A program made the position numbers and the translations under genes. A stretch of DNA of 64,000 nucleotides from Pristiophorus japonicus (lineage: Eukaryota). Location: positions 79,112,001 to 79,176,000 of the forward strand of contig NC_091997.1 of assembly GCF_044704955.1 (NCBI RefSeq), given 5' to 3'. Positions 23,361 to 35,839 of the stretch are shown one piece after another. The notes under the pieces were generated by a model. It did no database searches, was not told where the DNA came from, and worked only from the letters and a program-made list of their open reading frames with translations. Position 1 is the stretch's first letter; each line of letters starts with the position of its first letter.

Positions 23361-24105
23361 AAGCCGCACACTTGCGCCCCCATGCAGTAATGGGCAAGGT
23401 CCTGCGCAGGTCGCACACCGGGTTTAACATTGTAAATCCCGTGCATGCCTGGAAATTTAAAGGGACCGCGCATTGAAAGAAACATGCCCCGCCCCCGCAG
23501 AACAAAGGGCAGCTTGCAGGGGTCATTGATCTTAGTTCGTCATTCCGTGTCCAGAAACCCTTATTTCTTTGATGCATCTACAAATTCTCTCCAATAAATG
23601 ATAACCGAACCGTTCCTCTTGTGGCCTGATTCACAATTTAGACTTCTTGACGTTGCAAAGAGCTCACACGGGAGCAAAATTCAGCTGCTGCAGCATTTTA
23701 AATACGGTTGGTCTCCCCCTTTTAATTTCATAACAAAAAAAAAAATCACGATCTGGTCATTATCACATTGCTGTGTGTGGGAGCTTGCTGTGCGCAAATA
23801 GGTGTTTCCCACATTACAACAGTGACTGCACTCCAAAAAGTAGTTAACTGGCTGTAAAGTGCTTTGAGACTTGCAGTGGTCGTGGAAGGTGCTATATAAA
23901 GGCACGTCTTTATTTTAGATGACGTCTGCTGCACAGTGTAAGAGACTGTTTAAAAAAAAATTAAATACAGGCAAAGCTCATAGTTGGCCAGCCGACTGGG
24001 GCTGTTCCTGGAAAAGCAGGTGGTTGGCCAGTGACTAGGAAGAGCCAGTGCTTGTGCTCAGCTGATTGGCATCAGGTCCTGGTGGAAGTGCAGCCTGGAG
24101 GCACC

Positions 24106-24108
24106 ATG
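24106..24108 (+). CDS. COMMD4: COMMD4 candidate exon 1b (ATG only)
   Basis: GGAGGCACCATG|GTGAGT, preceded by an inverted CCAAT (GATTGG at about 24064) and GGAAGTG. Confidence 0.5.
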
Positions 24109-24929
24109 GTGAGTGTTACAGTGTACCAGGGGCAAGGGGCTGCACCCAGGCTTGTGCATCCCCTTCTGCAAGGGAGGTAGAAGCAGGCAGGCATGATGCT
24201 GCTCAGACATGCCACAAAGAAGATCAGAGGCAAAAGGCTAAACCCTTGCCCCCCAAATTGACAGCTCTGCAAGGGAGCCACTTGCAATTGAAGCTCACTG
24301 TGAATAGGGTGTGTTCCAGCGCTTGGGGCTCAGCTCACAGTGCAAAGCCAGGCTCTGGGGAGATGGGGGCAAGTCTGAATTGCAGTCTGAGTGTAAATCT
24401 GATGTCCACACCTTCAATTTTCTGTGTGTGTGTGTGTGAGAGACAGTGAAAGAGCTAGTGCAAAAGTTATCCAGCATCTAGTGTTTAAAACATTGCCTGT
24501 GTGTGTGTGTGTGTGTGTGTGTGTTGCAACACTTGCCTCTTTCCTGCTCGCAAAGTTTAACCCATTCGCTTAGGTCACGTTATGCAACTTCGAGAAAGAA
24601 AAGTGACTTGGAATCTGAAGTTCAACTGGGCTGGAGTCAGTTTCTTTAAAGGGATGTTGCCTCTTTTTTTTTTCCTGTTTCAGTTCCTTTATAAGGGCCT
24701 CTACCAACAAACTTTACAACAAAGTTCACATGGCTTCAGATGTAACGAATATTTTGTGTTTAAATGCAGTCATGATACGCGATTCAGTGTCAACTTTCAA
24801 AAGGGAATTGGATGTATACTTGAAGGGAATGAATTTGTAGGGATGAGGGCACAGAGCGGGGGAAGTGGGATTAATTGGATCGCTCTTTCAAAGAGCCGGC
24901 ACAATGGGGCGATTGGCCGCCTCCTGTAC

Positions 24930-25333
24930 TGTACCTAGAGCAAGCACTCTACTCGGAACTCCTGCACGGCAAACGAGCCAAAGGTGGAAACAACTACAAG
25001 GACACCCTCGAAGCCTCCCTGATAAAGTCCCCACCGGCACCTGGGAGTCCCTGGCCAAAGACCAGTCCGCCCTAAGTGGAGGAAGTGCATCCGGGAGGGC
25101 GCTGAGCACCTCGCGTCTCGTCGCCGAGAGCATGCAGAAACCAAGCGCAGGCAGCGGAAAGAGCGTGCGGCAAACCTGTCCGTCCCACCCACCCCTTTCC
25201 TTCAGCTGCTGTCTGTCCCACCTGTGACAGGGACTGTGGTTCTCGTATTGGACTGTTCAGCCGCCTAAGGACTCATTTTAAGAGTGGAAGCAAGTCTTCC
25301 TCGATTCCGAGGGACTGCCTATGATGATGATGA
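24930..25333 (+). mobile_element. RTE 3' fragment
   Basis: QALYSELLHGKRAKGG; (ATG)n tail. Confidence 0.88.
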
Positions 25334-25714
25334 CCTCACGAGCAACAGTCACAAGAGAATTATATTCAGCCTCTCTCACTGCACAGGATGGCTGGCCTTG
25401 AGAGAAATCCCTAGTTGCTTTTGAGAAGGTGGGTTATCGTCTTGAACTGCTGCAGCCCCTGGTAGTGATAGTGTTGGGTATTGAATTCCAGGATTTTCAC
25501 CCGGCGATGATGAAGGGACGGCGGTGCACGTCCCACACCAGCTTGGCGTGAGGCTTGGAGGCGGCGTTCTCACGATCGTGATTTCCTGCCCTCCCTGATG
25601 GCAGAGTCGTGGGCTTGGGAGGTGCTGGGGGGGGGAGGTTGGATATTGACTTGTGGTTGAGCTGTTGATCAAGCGGACTGCTTTGTGCTGGTTGGTTCCA
25701 CTATTGAAAACTGT

Positions 25715-26301
25715 GGGCTAGAAATTCGGTTGGTTGACGCCTCCCGCCCGAGCGCCGCGAACTCCAGTGACGGCTTAGCGGCGGCGTTGACTGTTTGCGC
25801 TGCGCTCGCTGGCCCCGCCCGCTGGGTGACATCACCGAGTGCGTAACACCCCCGTGGCCCTGCGTTTGCAAAATTGACTCTTTCGCCCGCGGTAGCGCCC
25901 GGCGCTGAGACCGGACGGGGAAAGCAGTCGGTCTCGCGACGATCCCCCGCCGATATCGTCCTGGGTGCAAGCTAAGGGTTGAAATTTCACTTTTTCAACT
26001 TCTGTTTATTTGCTGCAGCGGTTGGGGAAGTGTGGCTGAGGTTCACTGACATTTTCACCGGGATTTTGGTTTCCAGCTTTAGGAGTGAAGATGCCTAAAA
26101 TAAAAAACTGAGTGGGCCTCCTGCGCTATCGGTCCGTTCGCGCCCGAGGAGGTGTGTGGGACGCTTCCCTTAGTGCCCCACTCCCCTCTTGGGGCGATGC
26201 AACTGAATATCCCACTTTGAGGCGGTAAACATCGCCCGGCGCTAAACGTAGCACCCGGCACCGTCACCGCCTCACAGCGGGCGGCACCGAATTTCTCGCC
26301 C
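25715..26301. mobile_element. CpG-rich MITE (PIF/Harbinger-like ends)
   Basis: TIR GGGCTAGAAATTCGGT / ACCGAATTTCTCGCCC (15 of 16 match). Confidence 0.7.
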
Positions 26302-27062
26302 TCTATCTCGATCTCTAGTTTAATTGTTTATTTCTCGACTTTGTTGCACGTTGCATAGAATGTCCAGCCCAGAAACACGTCGCTCAGCCCCACCGCTCCG
26401 TGCCAGGGTTTATGCTCCACACCAGCCCCCTCCCACCCCTCTTCATCTCACCCCATCAACATATCCTTCTATTCCTTTCTCCCTCGTGTGTTTATCCAGC
26501 TTCCCTTTAAATGCATCGATGCCACTCGCCTCAACCACCTCCCTGTGGCAGCGAGTTCCACATTCTCACCGCTCTCTGGGGAACTTGGTATCTCCTGAAT
26601 TCCCCATTGGATTTATTAGTGACTATCTTCTATTTCTAGCCCCTAGTTTTTGACACTCCCACAAGTGGAAACATCTTCTTTATGTCTACCCTGTCAAACT
26701 CTTTCATTATCACAAAGGCCCCTATCCAGTCACCCCTCAGCCTTCTCTCTTATAGAGAAAAGAGGCCCAGCCTGTTCAGTGTTCCCTGATTGGGTATAAC
26801 CTATAACCTTGTATACATATTGTTCTGTTTCTTTTACGTGCTGTCTGTTCCAGAATATTTTCAAATCCTTAATATGAACCATTGCAATGCTCTTGCAGAG
26901 AGCTGGTGTGGGCTCGACGGGCCGAATGGCAGCCTCCGGTGCTGTACCCATTCGATGACGCTCGATGTTTGTATTTCGGATTCATGCCCTTTTAATGTTG
27001 CGTTATGACTTTCACGTGACCTGCAGAGGGAGACGCTAACGCTGTGACCTTCTACCTTGCAG

Positions 27063-27134
27063 AGGTTCCGTTTCTGTGGCGACCTGGATTGCCCCGACTG
27101 GGTCCTGGCTGAGATCAGCACCTTGGCAAAAATA
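27063..27134 (+). CDS. COMMD4: COMMD4 exon 2 ([24 protein letters not shown])
   Basis: Acceptor ccttgcag; peptide matches the COMMD4 N-terminus; atypical donor GTTGAG. Confidence 0.93.
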
Positions 27135-27253
27135 GTTGAGTATCCAACCGTCTAAATGTCTGAGGGTTGTTGTGCTGTATGCGCTAATCTAGTAACTGTG
27201 CCAAGGGAAATAGTCTTTACACTGATACCGGTTATCCAATAGTCACCCTCAAA

Positions 27254-28113
27254 TCATCATCATAGGCAGTCCCTCGGAATCGAGGAAGACTTGCTCCCAC
27301 TCTAAAAGTGAGTTCTCAGGTGACTGTACAGTCCAATATGGGGATTACAGTCTCTGTCACAGGTGGGACAGACAGTCGTTGAGGGAAGGAGTGGGTGGGA
27401 CTGGTTTGCCGCACGCTCTTTCCGCTGTCTGCGCTTGATTTCTGCATGCTCTCGGCGACGAGACTCGAGGTGCTCAGCGCCCTCCCGGATGCACTTCCTC
27501 CATTTAGGCCAGGGACTCTCAGGTGTCGATGGGGATGTTGCATTTTATCAAGGAGGCTTTGAGGGTGTCCTTGCAATGTTTCCTCTGCCCACCTTTGGTT
27601 CGTTTGCCGTGAAGGAGCTCCGAATAGAGCGCTTGCTTTGGGAGTCTAGTGTCTGGCATGCGGACGATGTGGCCTGCCCAGCGGAGCTGATCGAGTGTGG
27701 TCAGTGCTTCGATGCTGGGGATGTTGGCCTGGTCTAGGACGCTAGCGTTGGTGTGTCTGTCCTCCCAGGGGATTTGTAAGATCTTGTGGAATCACCCTCA
27801 AAGCCTCTTTGATAAAGTGCGACATCCCCCACTGACACCTGGGAGTCCCTGGCCAAAGATTGCCCTAAGTGGAGGAAGAGCATCCGGGAGGGCGCTGAGC
27901 ACCTCAAATCTCGTTGCCGAGAGCGTGCAGAAAACGAGCACAGGCAGCGGAAGGAGCATGCGGCAAACCAGTCCCACCCACCCTTTCCTTCAACCAGTCT
28001 GCCTCACCTGTGACAGAGATTGTAATTCCTGTATTGGACTGTTCATTCACCTGAGAACTCACTTTTGGAGTGGAAGCAAGTCTACCTTGATTTCGAGGAA
28101 CTGCCTATGATGA
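27254..28113. mobile_element. Two RTE 3' fragments in inverted orientation (minus 27254-27791, plus about 27792-28113)
   Basis: 11-bp TSD TCACCCTCAAA at 27243-27253 and 27792-27802. Confidence 0.85.
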
Positions 28114-28165
28114 GTCTGACGGATTCTAATCATGTGATTGGTAAACTAAATAGTTGCTCTTTAAG

Positions 28166-28720
28166 AACGTAAGAAATAGGAGTAGGAGTAGGCCATTCGG
28201 CCCCTTGAGCCTGCTCCGCCATTTAATACGATCGTGGCTGATCTTCTACCTCAACTCCACTTTCCTGCCCGATCCCCATATCCCTTGATTGCCTTACAGT
28301 CCAAAAATCTATTGACCTCTGTCTTGAATATACTCAAAGCCTGAGCCTCCACAGCCCTCTGGGGTAGAAAATTCCCTCTGAGTGAAGAAATTTCTCCTCA
28401 TCTCAGTCCTAAATGGCCGACCCCTTATTCTGAGACTGTGACCCCTGGTTCTAGACTCCCCAGCCAGAGGAAACATCCTCCCTGCATCTACCCTGTTCAG
28501 CCCTGTAAGAATTTTGTATGTTTCAATGAGATCGTCTCGCATTCTTCTAAACTCTAGAGAATATCGGCCTGGTCTACTCAATCTCTCCTCATAGGACAAT
28601 CCCCCCATCCCAGGAATCAGTCTGGTGAACCTTCGTTGCACTCCCTCTATGGCCACTATATCCTTCCTACGGTAAGGAGACCCACACTGTGCACGATACT
28701 CCAGGTGCAGTCTCACCAGG
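28166..28720 (-). mobile_element. CR1 3' fragment
   Basis: ORF 28309..28716 [16 protein letters not shown]...RTRGHSL. Confidence 0.88.
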
Positions 28721-28864
28721 GCACCTTTTTATTTGACATCAATGTAACATTTTGTCACAATCAATAATTTTACAATATTTTGTTGACAGAAATATAGAGC
28801 AATGCACTAAAATTCAAAGTGCTGCTTTGGCGCGCTCTCTTTTTTTTCATGAAAGAGATAAAGA

Positions 28865-29345
28865 ACTTGCATTTATATAGCGCCTTTCAGGGCATTCCAA
28901 TGCGCTTTACAGCCAATGAAGTACTTTTGGAGTGCAGTCACTGATGTAATGTGGGAAACGCGGCAGCCAATCTGCGCACAGCAAGCTCCCACACACAGCA
29001 ATGTGATAATGACCCAGATAATCTGTTTTAGTGATGTTGGGGATGAATATTGGCCCCAGGACACTCCTCTGCTTTTCTAACTAGTGCAGGGGGATCACAT
29101 TCACCTGTGTTTTATGTTATGTTGATTGAGGGATAAATATTGGCCAGGACACCGGGGGTAACTCTCCTGGTCGCCTTTGAAATAGTGGCCATGGGATCTT
29201 TTACAGCCACCCGGAGAGAACAGACAGAGCCTCGGTTTAACGTCTCAACCGAAAGACGGCACCTCCGACAGTGCAGCGCTCCCTCAGCACTGCACTGGGA
29301 GTGTCAGCCTAGATTTATTGTGCTCAAGTCCCTGGAGTGGGACTG
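28865..29345 (-). mobile_element. Two Deu-domain SINE fragments
   Basis: Reverse-complement SINE tail and core. Confidence 0.75.
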
Positions 29346-29946
29346 AATTAGATGTATAACCTTGCATCATTTCAAAAAGAAAATCTGTTGATACGTACAA
29401 GAAAATGGTATGATTGTTAATTTCGGGGGGCATATTAACCAATGCTGATTGTGCATCGCTTGAGGGTAGCACCCAAGCGATGCACAAAGTCTTACCAATT
29501 TTAAGTAAAGAGAGAATTTTTAAAAATGATTTTATCCTCCATTCACTGATGTTCAGCGAAGACGTCTGTAAAATGAGGTACAAGTGAATTGCTATCTAAT
29601 TAATGCAAAAATTAATTGCTCCAGCCTTGTGATGTCTAATTAAACTGACTGACATTGTTAATTTCTTGCATTTTGTCAGTTTCACTCCAAAATTAATGAT
29701 CCTGGCCGTTGCCAAGTGGGAAGTGATGGAATTGGGCAGCTGTGTCTGCCAACAAGGCAGAGGCAGGGCAAGAACTCCCCTCTCCTTATTGAAAGGAATA
29801 ATCTCTGGCTACAGCGAGCCATTCCGTTAGCATCGAATTGTAGAAGTGTTTGGCATGGAAGGAGGCCATTAGGCCCATCGTGTCTGTGCCGGCCACGAAA
29901 GAGCTATCCAGCCTCTCCAGCTTTTGATCTGTAGCCTTGTAGATTC

Positions 29947-29987
<41 letters not shown>

Positions 29988-30330
29988 AGGCAGTCCCTCG
30001 AATCGAGGATGACTTGCTTCCATGTCAAAAAGTTCACAGGTGTTTCAATGAAGGACCTAAAATTCCAGGTCCTGAACTACATCCGGAAGGATGGAAGATG
30101 CCTGTGCGTGGATTTTTTTAATGTGTGGTGACCGTTGCACACCAGCCACCACACGGGCTTGACAGAGCTAGGTCTTGGTCCAGTGGCAAGGATTAACCAA
30201 GACGACTGGAGACCAGCTCTGCTGCACGGGCCTAGTGCGCGCACACATCGCAGTGTGGGCTGGCCCGTGCTGCCCCTGGGCCCTCGCCTCTTCTGGGCCC
30301 AAACTCTCGCCTCTCCTGGGCCCCGATCAC
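29947..30330 (-). mobile_element. RTE-tailed non-autonomous element with expanded (ATG)n tail
   Basis: About 13 CAT repeats followed by the family body. Confidence 0.78.
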
Positions 30331-30607
30331 TTGTCGCTTGCAGCACTTCAAGTGCATATCCAGGTACTTTTAAAAATGCGATGAGGGTTTCTGACTTTTA
30401 AAAATGCGATGAGGGTTTCTGCCTCGACCACCCCTTCAAACAGTGAGTTGCGTGCTGTAAATTTCCGTGCTGTAAATTTCTATGATTCTGTGTCAAAGGG
30501 TTTCACATTCATGGTGGAATGGGCAATCCGTGCGTGAGGCGAATCTGAGAATGATTTTTCGATTGTGCTCCCTTGTCCATTAATATCATTGATTTTTTTT
30601 CTTGCAG

Positions 30608-30673
30608 TCTTCCGTGAAGATGAAGTTGCTGTGTGTCCAGGTACTGAAGGACCTGCTGGGAGATGGAATCGAT
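30608..30673 (+). CDS. COMMD4: COMMD4 exon 3 (SSVKMKLLCVQVLKDLLGDGID)
   Basis: ttttcttgcag acceptor, gtaaga donor, phase 0-0. Confidence 0.93.
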
Positions 30674-30899
30674 GTAAGAGGCATTGTTAAAATTTATTAT
30701 TTGACCTGTGTAGCAAAGGCCTTAAAGGGGCAATGTGCTTCAGCACTCGGTGTCTCACGCGATGGAAAGTTCCATGTTTGTGTGATGTCTTTCTGGCTTT
30801 CATTTTTACCAAGCAGCTGTGTAAATACTATCTTCCCTTCCCCCTCCCACCACCTCAGTTATATTACACTCACACTGCGCACTATGAATTCCACGTAGA

Positions 30900-31490
30900 G
30901 AGAGGTCCTGTGGGAAGGAGGGTAGTGGGAGTATGTTTGAGTTTGTGTGCGTGTATTGGCACATGCGGAGGAGCCTGGTCTCCAGTCGTCTCGAACCCCC
31001 TTGCCACTGGACCAAGACCTCGCTCCGTCGAGTCCGTGTGGTGGCTGATGTGCAACGGCCACCACACGTTAAAAAGATTCACGCACAGGCATCTTCCACA
31101 GTTTACCTTGAGTTCAGCAGTCACCTGAGTACTCATTTTTAGTGTGGAAGCAAGTCATCCTTGACCCCGAGGGACTGTCTATGATGATTGCACCATAACC
31201 CGCGACCTCTACCACCTAGAAGGACATTGGGAGCGAGGGAACACCACCACCTCCATGTTCCCCTCCCAGTCACACACCATCCTGACTTGGAAATATATTG
31301 GCCGTTCCTTCATCGTCGCTGGGTCACAATCCTGGACCTCCCTCCCTAACAGCACTGTGGGAGCACCTTCACCACACGGACTGCAGCGGTTCAAGAAGGC
31401 AGCTCACCGCCACCTTCTCAAGGGGCAATTAGGGATGGGCAATAAATGCCGGCCTTGCCAGTGACATCCACATCCCAAGAATGAATGAAA
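30900..31490 (+). mobile_element. RTE-tailed element variant (to about 31187) followed by a non-LTR 3' end of the family also at 38515-38930, 43815-44000 and 54190-54550
   Basis: Shared sequence among the copies in the window. Confidence 0.65.
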
Positions 31491-31769
31491 AAGGAAATGA
31501 CCGTTATATAATGTACTTTATGGTTAACTCATTTGAGAAATCTACAAAATGTTTTACCCCAGGGCGATTTTGTATGGGTTCCAAAGACATCCTTCTAAAG
31601 AGGGTTGACTGTACTATACGACCGAGTGTCTGCACAGCACATAACTGCTTGTAAGCAGATCCTTTCCAAGTGTGAAGATTTTGACGGCAGATCCCTTTAA
31701 GATCATTTTTCTGTGAGCCTTCTATTTAAATTGGGGTTCTGGCCACTCGTGTAAAGGTTAGGGTTGGGT

Positions 31770-32140
31770 CAGCGGGCAGTACACTCGCCTCTGAGTCTAG
31801 AGGGTTGTGGGTTCAAGTCCCACTCCAGAGGCTGACACTGCAACTGCAGTGCTGAGGGAGCGCTGCACTGTCGGAGGTGTCGTCTTTCGGATGAGACGTT
31901 AAACCGAGGCCCCATCTACTCTCTCAGGTGGATGTAAAAGATCCCAGGGCACTATTTATCCTTCAATCAACACAACAAAACCAGATTATCTGGTCATTAT
32001 CACATTGCTGTTTGTGGGAGCTTGCTGTGTTTCCCACATTACAACAGTGACTACATCTCAAAAAGTACTTCAATGGCTGTAAAGCGCTTTGGGACATCTG
32101 GTGGTCGTGAAAGGCGACATATAAATGCAAGTTTTTCTTT
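31770..32140 (+). mobile_element. Deu-domain SINE (internally deleted)
   Basis: B box, Deu core and tail. Confidence 0.8.
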
Positions 32141-32299
32141 CTTTTACAAAAGGCACCAACATGCTCATTTCCCCCCCCCCCCCCCCACCCCCGATTGTTT
32201 ATTTTCTGCACTGGGTACTAACTTATCATTGAATCACTTCAATGTTTTAATAATATATTCTTTGAATGTGGGCAACCTGTCCCTGGTGACCCTGACCCT

Positions 32300-32780
32300 A
32301 GGTTGATTCCGGAGATGAGGGGGTTGTCTTATGAGGAAAGGTTGAGTAGGTTGGGCTTCTACTCATTGGAGTTCAGAAGAATGAGAGGTGAACGTATCGA
32401 AAGTTATGATAATGAGGGGGCTCGACAAGGTGGATGCAGAGAGGATATTTCCACTCATAGGAGAAACTAAAACTAGGGGACATAAGTCTCAGAATAAGGG
32501 GCCGCCCATTTAAAACTGAGATGAGGAGGAATTTCTTCTCTGAGGGTTGTAAACCAATGGAATTTTCTGCCCCAGAGAGCTGTGGAGGCTGGGTCTTTGA
32601 ATAGATTTAAGGTGGAGATAGACAGATTTTTGAATGATAAGGGGGAGTCGAGGGTTATGGGGAGCGGGCGGGGAAGTGGAGTTGAGTCCATGATCAGATC
32701 AGCCATGATCTTATTGAATGGCGGAGCAGGCTCGAGGGGCCGAATGGCCTAATCCTGCTCATATTTCTTATGTTCTTAAT
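32300..32780 (+). mobile_element. CR1 3' fragment
   Basis: Homologous to the other CR1 3' ends; CR1 tail. Confidence 0.85.
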
Positions 32781-32876
32781 GTCTTGTGTTTATGAGAAGC
32801 TTTCTTTGCATTAGCAACAAATTAGACTTTAGTTGTGCCAGCAATCATTTACTGTCTGTTATCTCTGTCCTTTCAG

Positions 32877-32916
32877 TATGAGAAAATTTCAAAACTCACT
32901 GTGGATGCCAAGTTTG
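32877..32916 (+). CDS. COMMD4: COMMD4 exon 4 (YEKISKLTVDAKF)
   Basis: cctttcag acceptor, gtaagt donor, phase 0-1. Confidence 0.92.
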
Positions 32917-33472
32917 GTAAGTCTGTATAAAACCTTTCCATGCATACTGACCAATTAGCTTTGCAGTGCAATGCTTAACTTATTTAAAACACGTTATGCA
33001 CTTGTACAGTGCCAAATAACGCGAATGCTATTTTCATATTGGCCAGCGAATGTTATTACCTACATGGCGAATAAGAGGCTCAGTCTGGTATCAACATGTA
33101 AAAAATGTATGGTGAGCAAAGGCCATCACATCCAGCAAGCCCACACCAGACAGGCAACAGTGCAACCATGGCCATCATTGATCAAACTGCCAACCATGGC
33201 CACTATTGATCTGACTTCCAACCATGGCCACTGTTGATCCAATTGCCAATCACTTAATCTCTTGGGAGATGCCAAAGACCTGTGGCCAATTAGGAAAAAT
33301 GCTAGGAACTTTCTCTCTGGCTCCGACTCTGCAGTAAGTCGCATAACCTGATGGCTGACAGTTCAATCTTCGCATGGATCTGGCTGTGTGATGAGAAATT
33401 TTGAGACCAAGGTGGGAAAATGCACTGTCCTAAACCACAGAGTTCCCAGGTTTGATTCTCAATCCGTGCTGA

Positions 33473-35270
33473 ACATAAGGAAGTCGGCCATTTGGCTCCT
33501 CGTGCCTGGTCCGCCATTTAATAAGATCATGGCTGATCTGATCTTGGCCTCGCCTCCACTTCCCTGCCCGCTCCCCATAACCCTTGACTCCCTTATCATT
33601 CAAAAATCTGTCTATCTCCACCAGTTAGCCTAACACCTGTGGTTGGGAAAATATTGGAGTCCATTATTAAAGAAGCAGTAGCAGGACATTTGGAAAAGTA
33701 AAATTCGGTCAGGCAGAGTCAGCATGGATTTATGAAGTCATGTTTGACAAATTTGCTACAATTCTTTGATGATGTAACGAACAGGGTGGATAAGGGGGAA
33801 CCGATGGATGTGGTGTATTTGTACTTCCAGAGGCATTTGGCAAGGTGCCACATAAAAGAGCATAAGAACATAAGAAATAGGAGCAGGAGTAGGCCATACG
33901 GCCCCTCGAGCCTGCTCCGCCATTTAATACGATCATGGCTGATCTGATCATGGACTCAGCTCCACTTCCCCGCCTGCTCCCCATAATCCCTTATTCCCTT
34001 ATCGTTTAAGAAACTGTCTATTTCTGTCTTAAATTTATTCAATGTCCCAGCTTCCACAGCTCTTTGAGGCAGCGAATTCCACAGATTTACAACCCCCTGA
34101 GAGAAGAAATTTCTCCTCATCTCTGTATTAAATGGGTGGCCCCTTATTCTAAGGTCGTGTCCTCTAGTTCTAGTCTCCCCGCCCCCCCCCCCCCCTCCCA
34201 TCAGTGGAAACATCCTCTCTGCAACCACCTTGTCAAGCCGCCCCCTCATAATCTTATACATTTCGATAAGATCACCTCTCATTCTTCTGAATACCAATGA
34301 GTAGAGGCCCAACCTACTCAACCTTTCTTCATAAGTCAACCCCCTCATCCCCAAAATCAACCTAGTGAACTTTCTCTGAACTGCCTCCAAAGCAAGAATA
34401 TCTTTTCATAAATATGGAACCCAAAACTGCACGCAGTATTCCAGGTGTGGCCTCACCAATACCTTATATAGCTGTAGTAAGACTTCCGTGCTTTTATACT
34501 CCATTCCCTTTGCACTAAAGGTCAAGATACCATTGGCTTTCCTGATCACTTGCTGTACCTGCATACTATCCTTTTCTGTTTCATGCACAAGTACCCCAGG
34601 TCCCGCTGTACTGCAGCACTTTGCAATCTTTCTCCATTTAAATAATAACTTGCTCTTTGATTTTTCTGCCAAAATGCATGACCTCACACTTTCCAACATT
34701 TTACTCCATCTGCCAAATTTTTGCCCACTCACTTAGCCTGTCTATGTCCTTTTGCAGATTTTTTGTGTCCTCACACATTGCTTTTCCTCCCATCTTTGTA
34801 TCGTCAGCAAACTTGGCTACGTTACATTCAGTCCCTTCTTCCAAGTCGTTAATATAGATTGTAAATAGTTGGGGTCCCAGCACTGATCTCTGCCGCACCC
34901 CACTAGTTACTGGTTGCCAACCAGAGAATGAACCATTTATCCCGATTCTCTGTTCTTTGTTAGTTAGCCAATCCTCTATCCATGCTAATATATTATTCCC
35001 AACCCCATGAACTTTTATCTTGTGCAGTAACCTTTTATGTGGCACCTTGTCAAATGCCTTCTGGAAGTCCAAATACACCACATCCACTGGTTCCCCTTTA
35101 TCCACCCTGTTCGTTACTGCACAAGATAAAAGTTTATGGCGATGTCATCAGCATGCTTTACATAAGCAATAGGAGCAGGAGCAGGCCACTCAGCTGCTCG
35201 AGCCTGCTCCGCCATTCAATAAGATCATGGCTGATCTGATCCCGGTCTCAACTCCACTTCCCCGCCCGCT
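33473..35270. mobile_element. Nested CR1 cluster; main copy on the minus strand at about 33860-35116
   Basis: RT ORF pieces 34701..35105, 34406..34732 and 33956..34390 flanked by plus-strand CR1 pieces. Confidence 0.85.
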
Positions 35271-35435
35271 CCTTGTCTAGTTTAAAACACTTAATTTCGC
35301 AACTGTTTTTAGTTTTTCTTCAGAGTTATTTACTTTTTGCAAATGTTCTATTACAATGAGTTGGGCAAAGAACATTCAATACTCTGAAAAAAAATTAATT
35401 GCATCTTTTTATTTTTTTCCATTTGTGAATTTCAG

Positions 35436-35555
35436 AAACCAGTGATATCAAGGCCACTATTGCGGTGCTAAACTTTGTTTTCTCGAGTGCTGCCAAGTAT
35501 GGAGTTGACGGTGAATCGTTGTCCAGTGAATTACAGCAACTCGGTCTGCCAAAAG
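35436..35555 (+). CDS. COMMD4: COMMD4 exon 5 ([40 protein letters not shown])
   Basis: tttcag acceptor, gtattg donor, phase 1-1. Confidence 0.95.
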
Positions 35556-35839
35556 GTATTGTTGTTCCACCTGTCGCGATAATAGTTGCACTTTTAATTT
35601 AAGAAACTCGATTCGTGTAATCGTTAATAAATCAGAGAGGGAATTCAGGAGAAACTTCTTTACCCAGAGATTGGTTAGAATACGCCAATGGTGGGGCGAA
35701 GGGAGAGGGGGCGATGCACAGGGGAGCAGAGTCAGAGGAATAGAGGGGAGGGTTGTAAAGCTGGAGATTGTTAGACCATTTTGGACCGTCGCTGAAGCCC
35801 TTCAGCGATCTCCCCTCAGCCTTGATGCCCGATGGCGAA

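Noticed and set aside
27140-27147. GTATCC as a U12-type donor
   Set aside because: Lacks the following TT, and its use would break the COMMD4 frame
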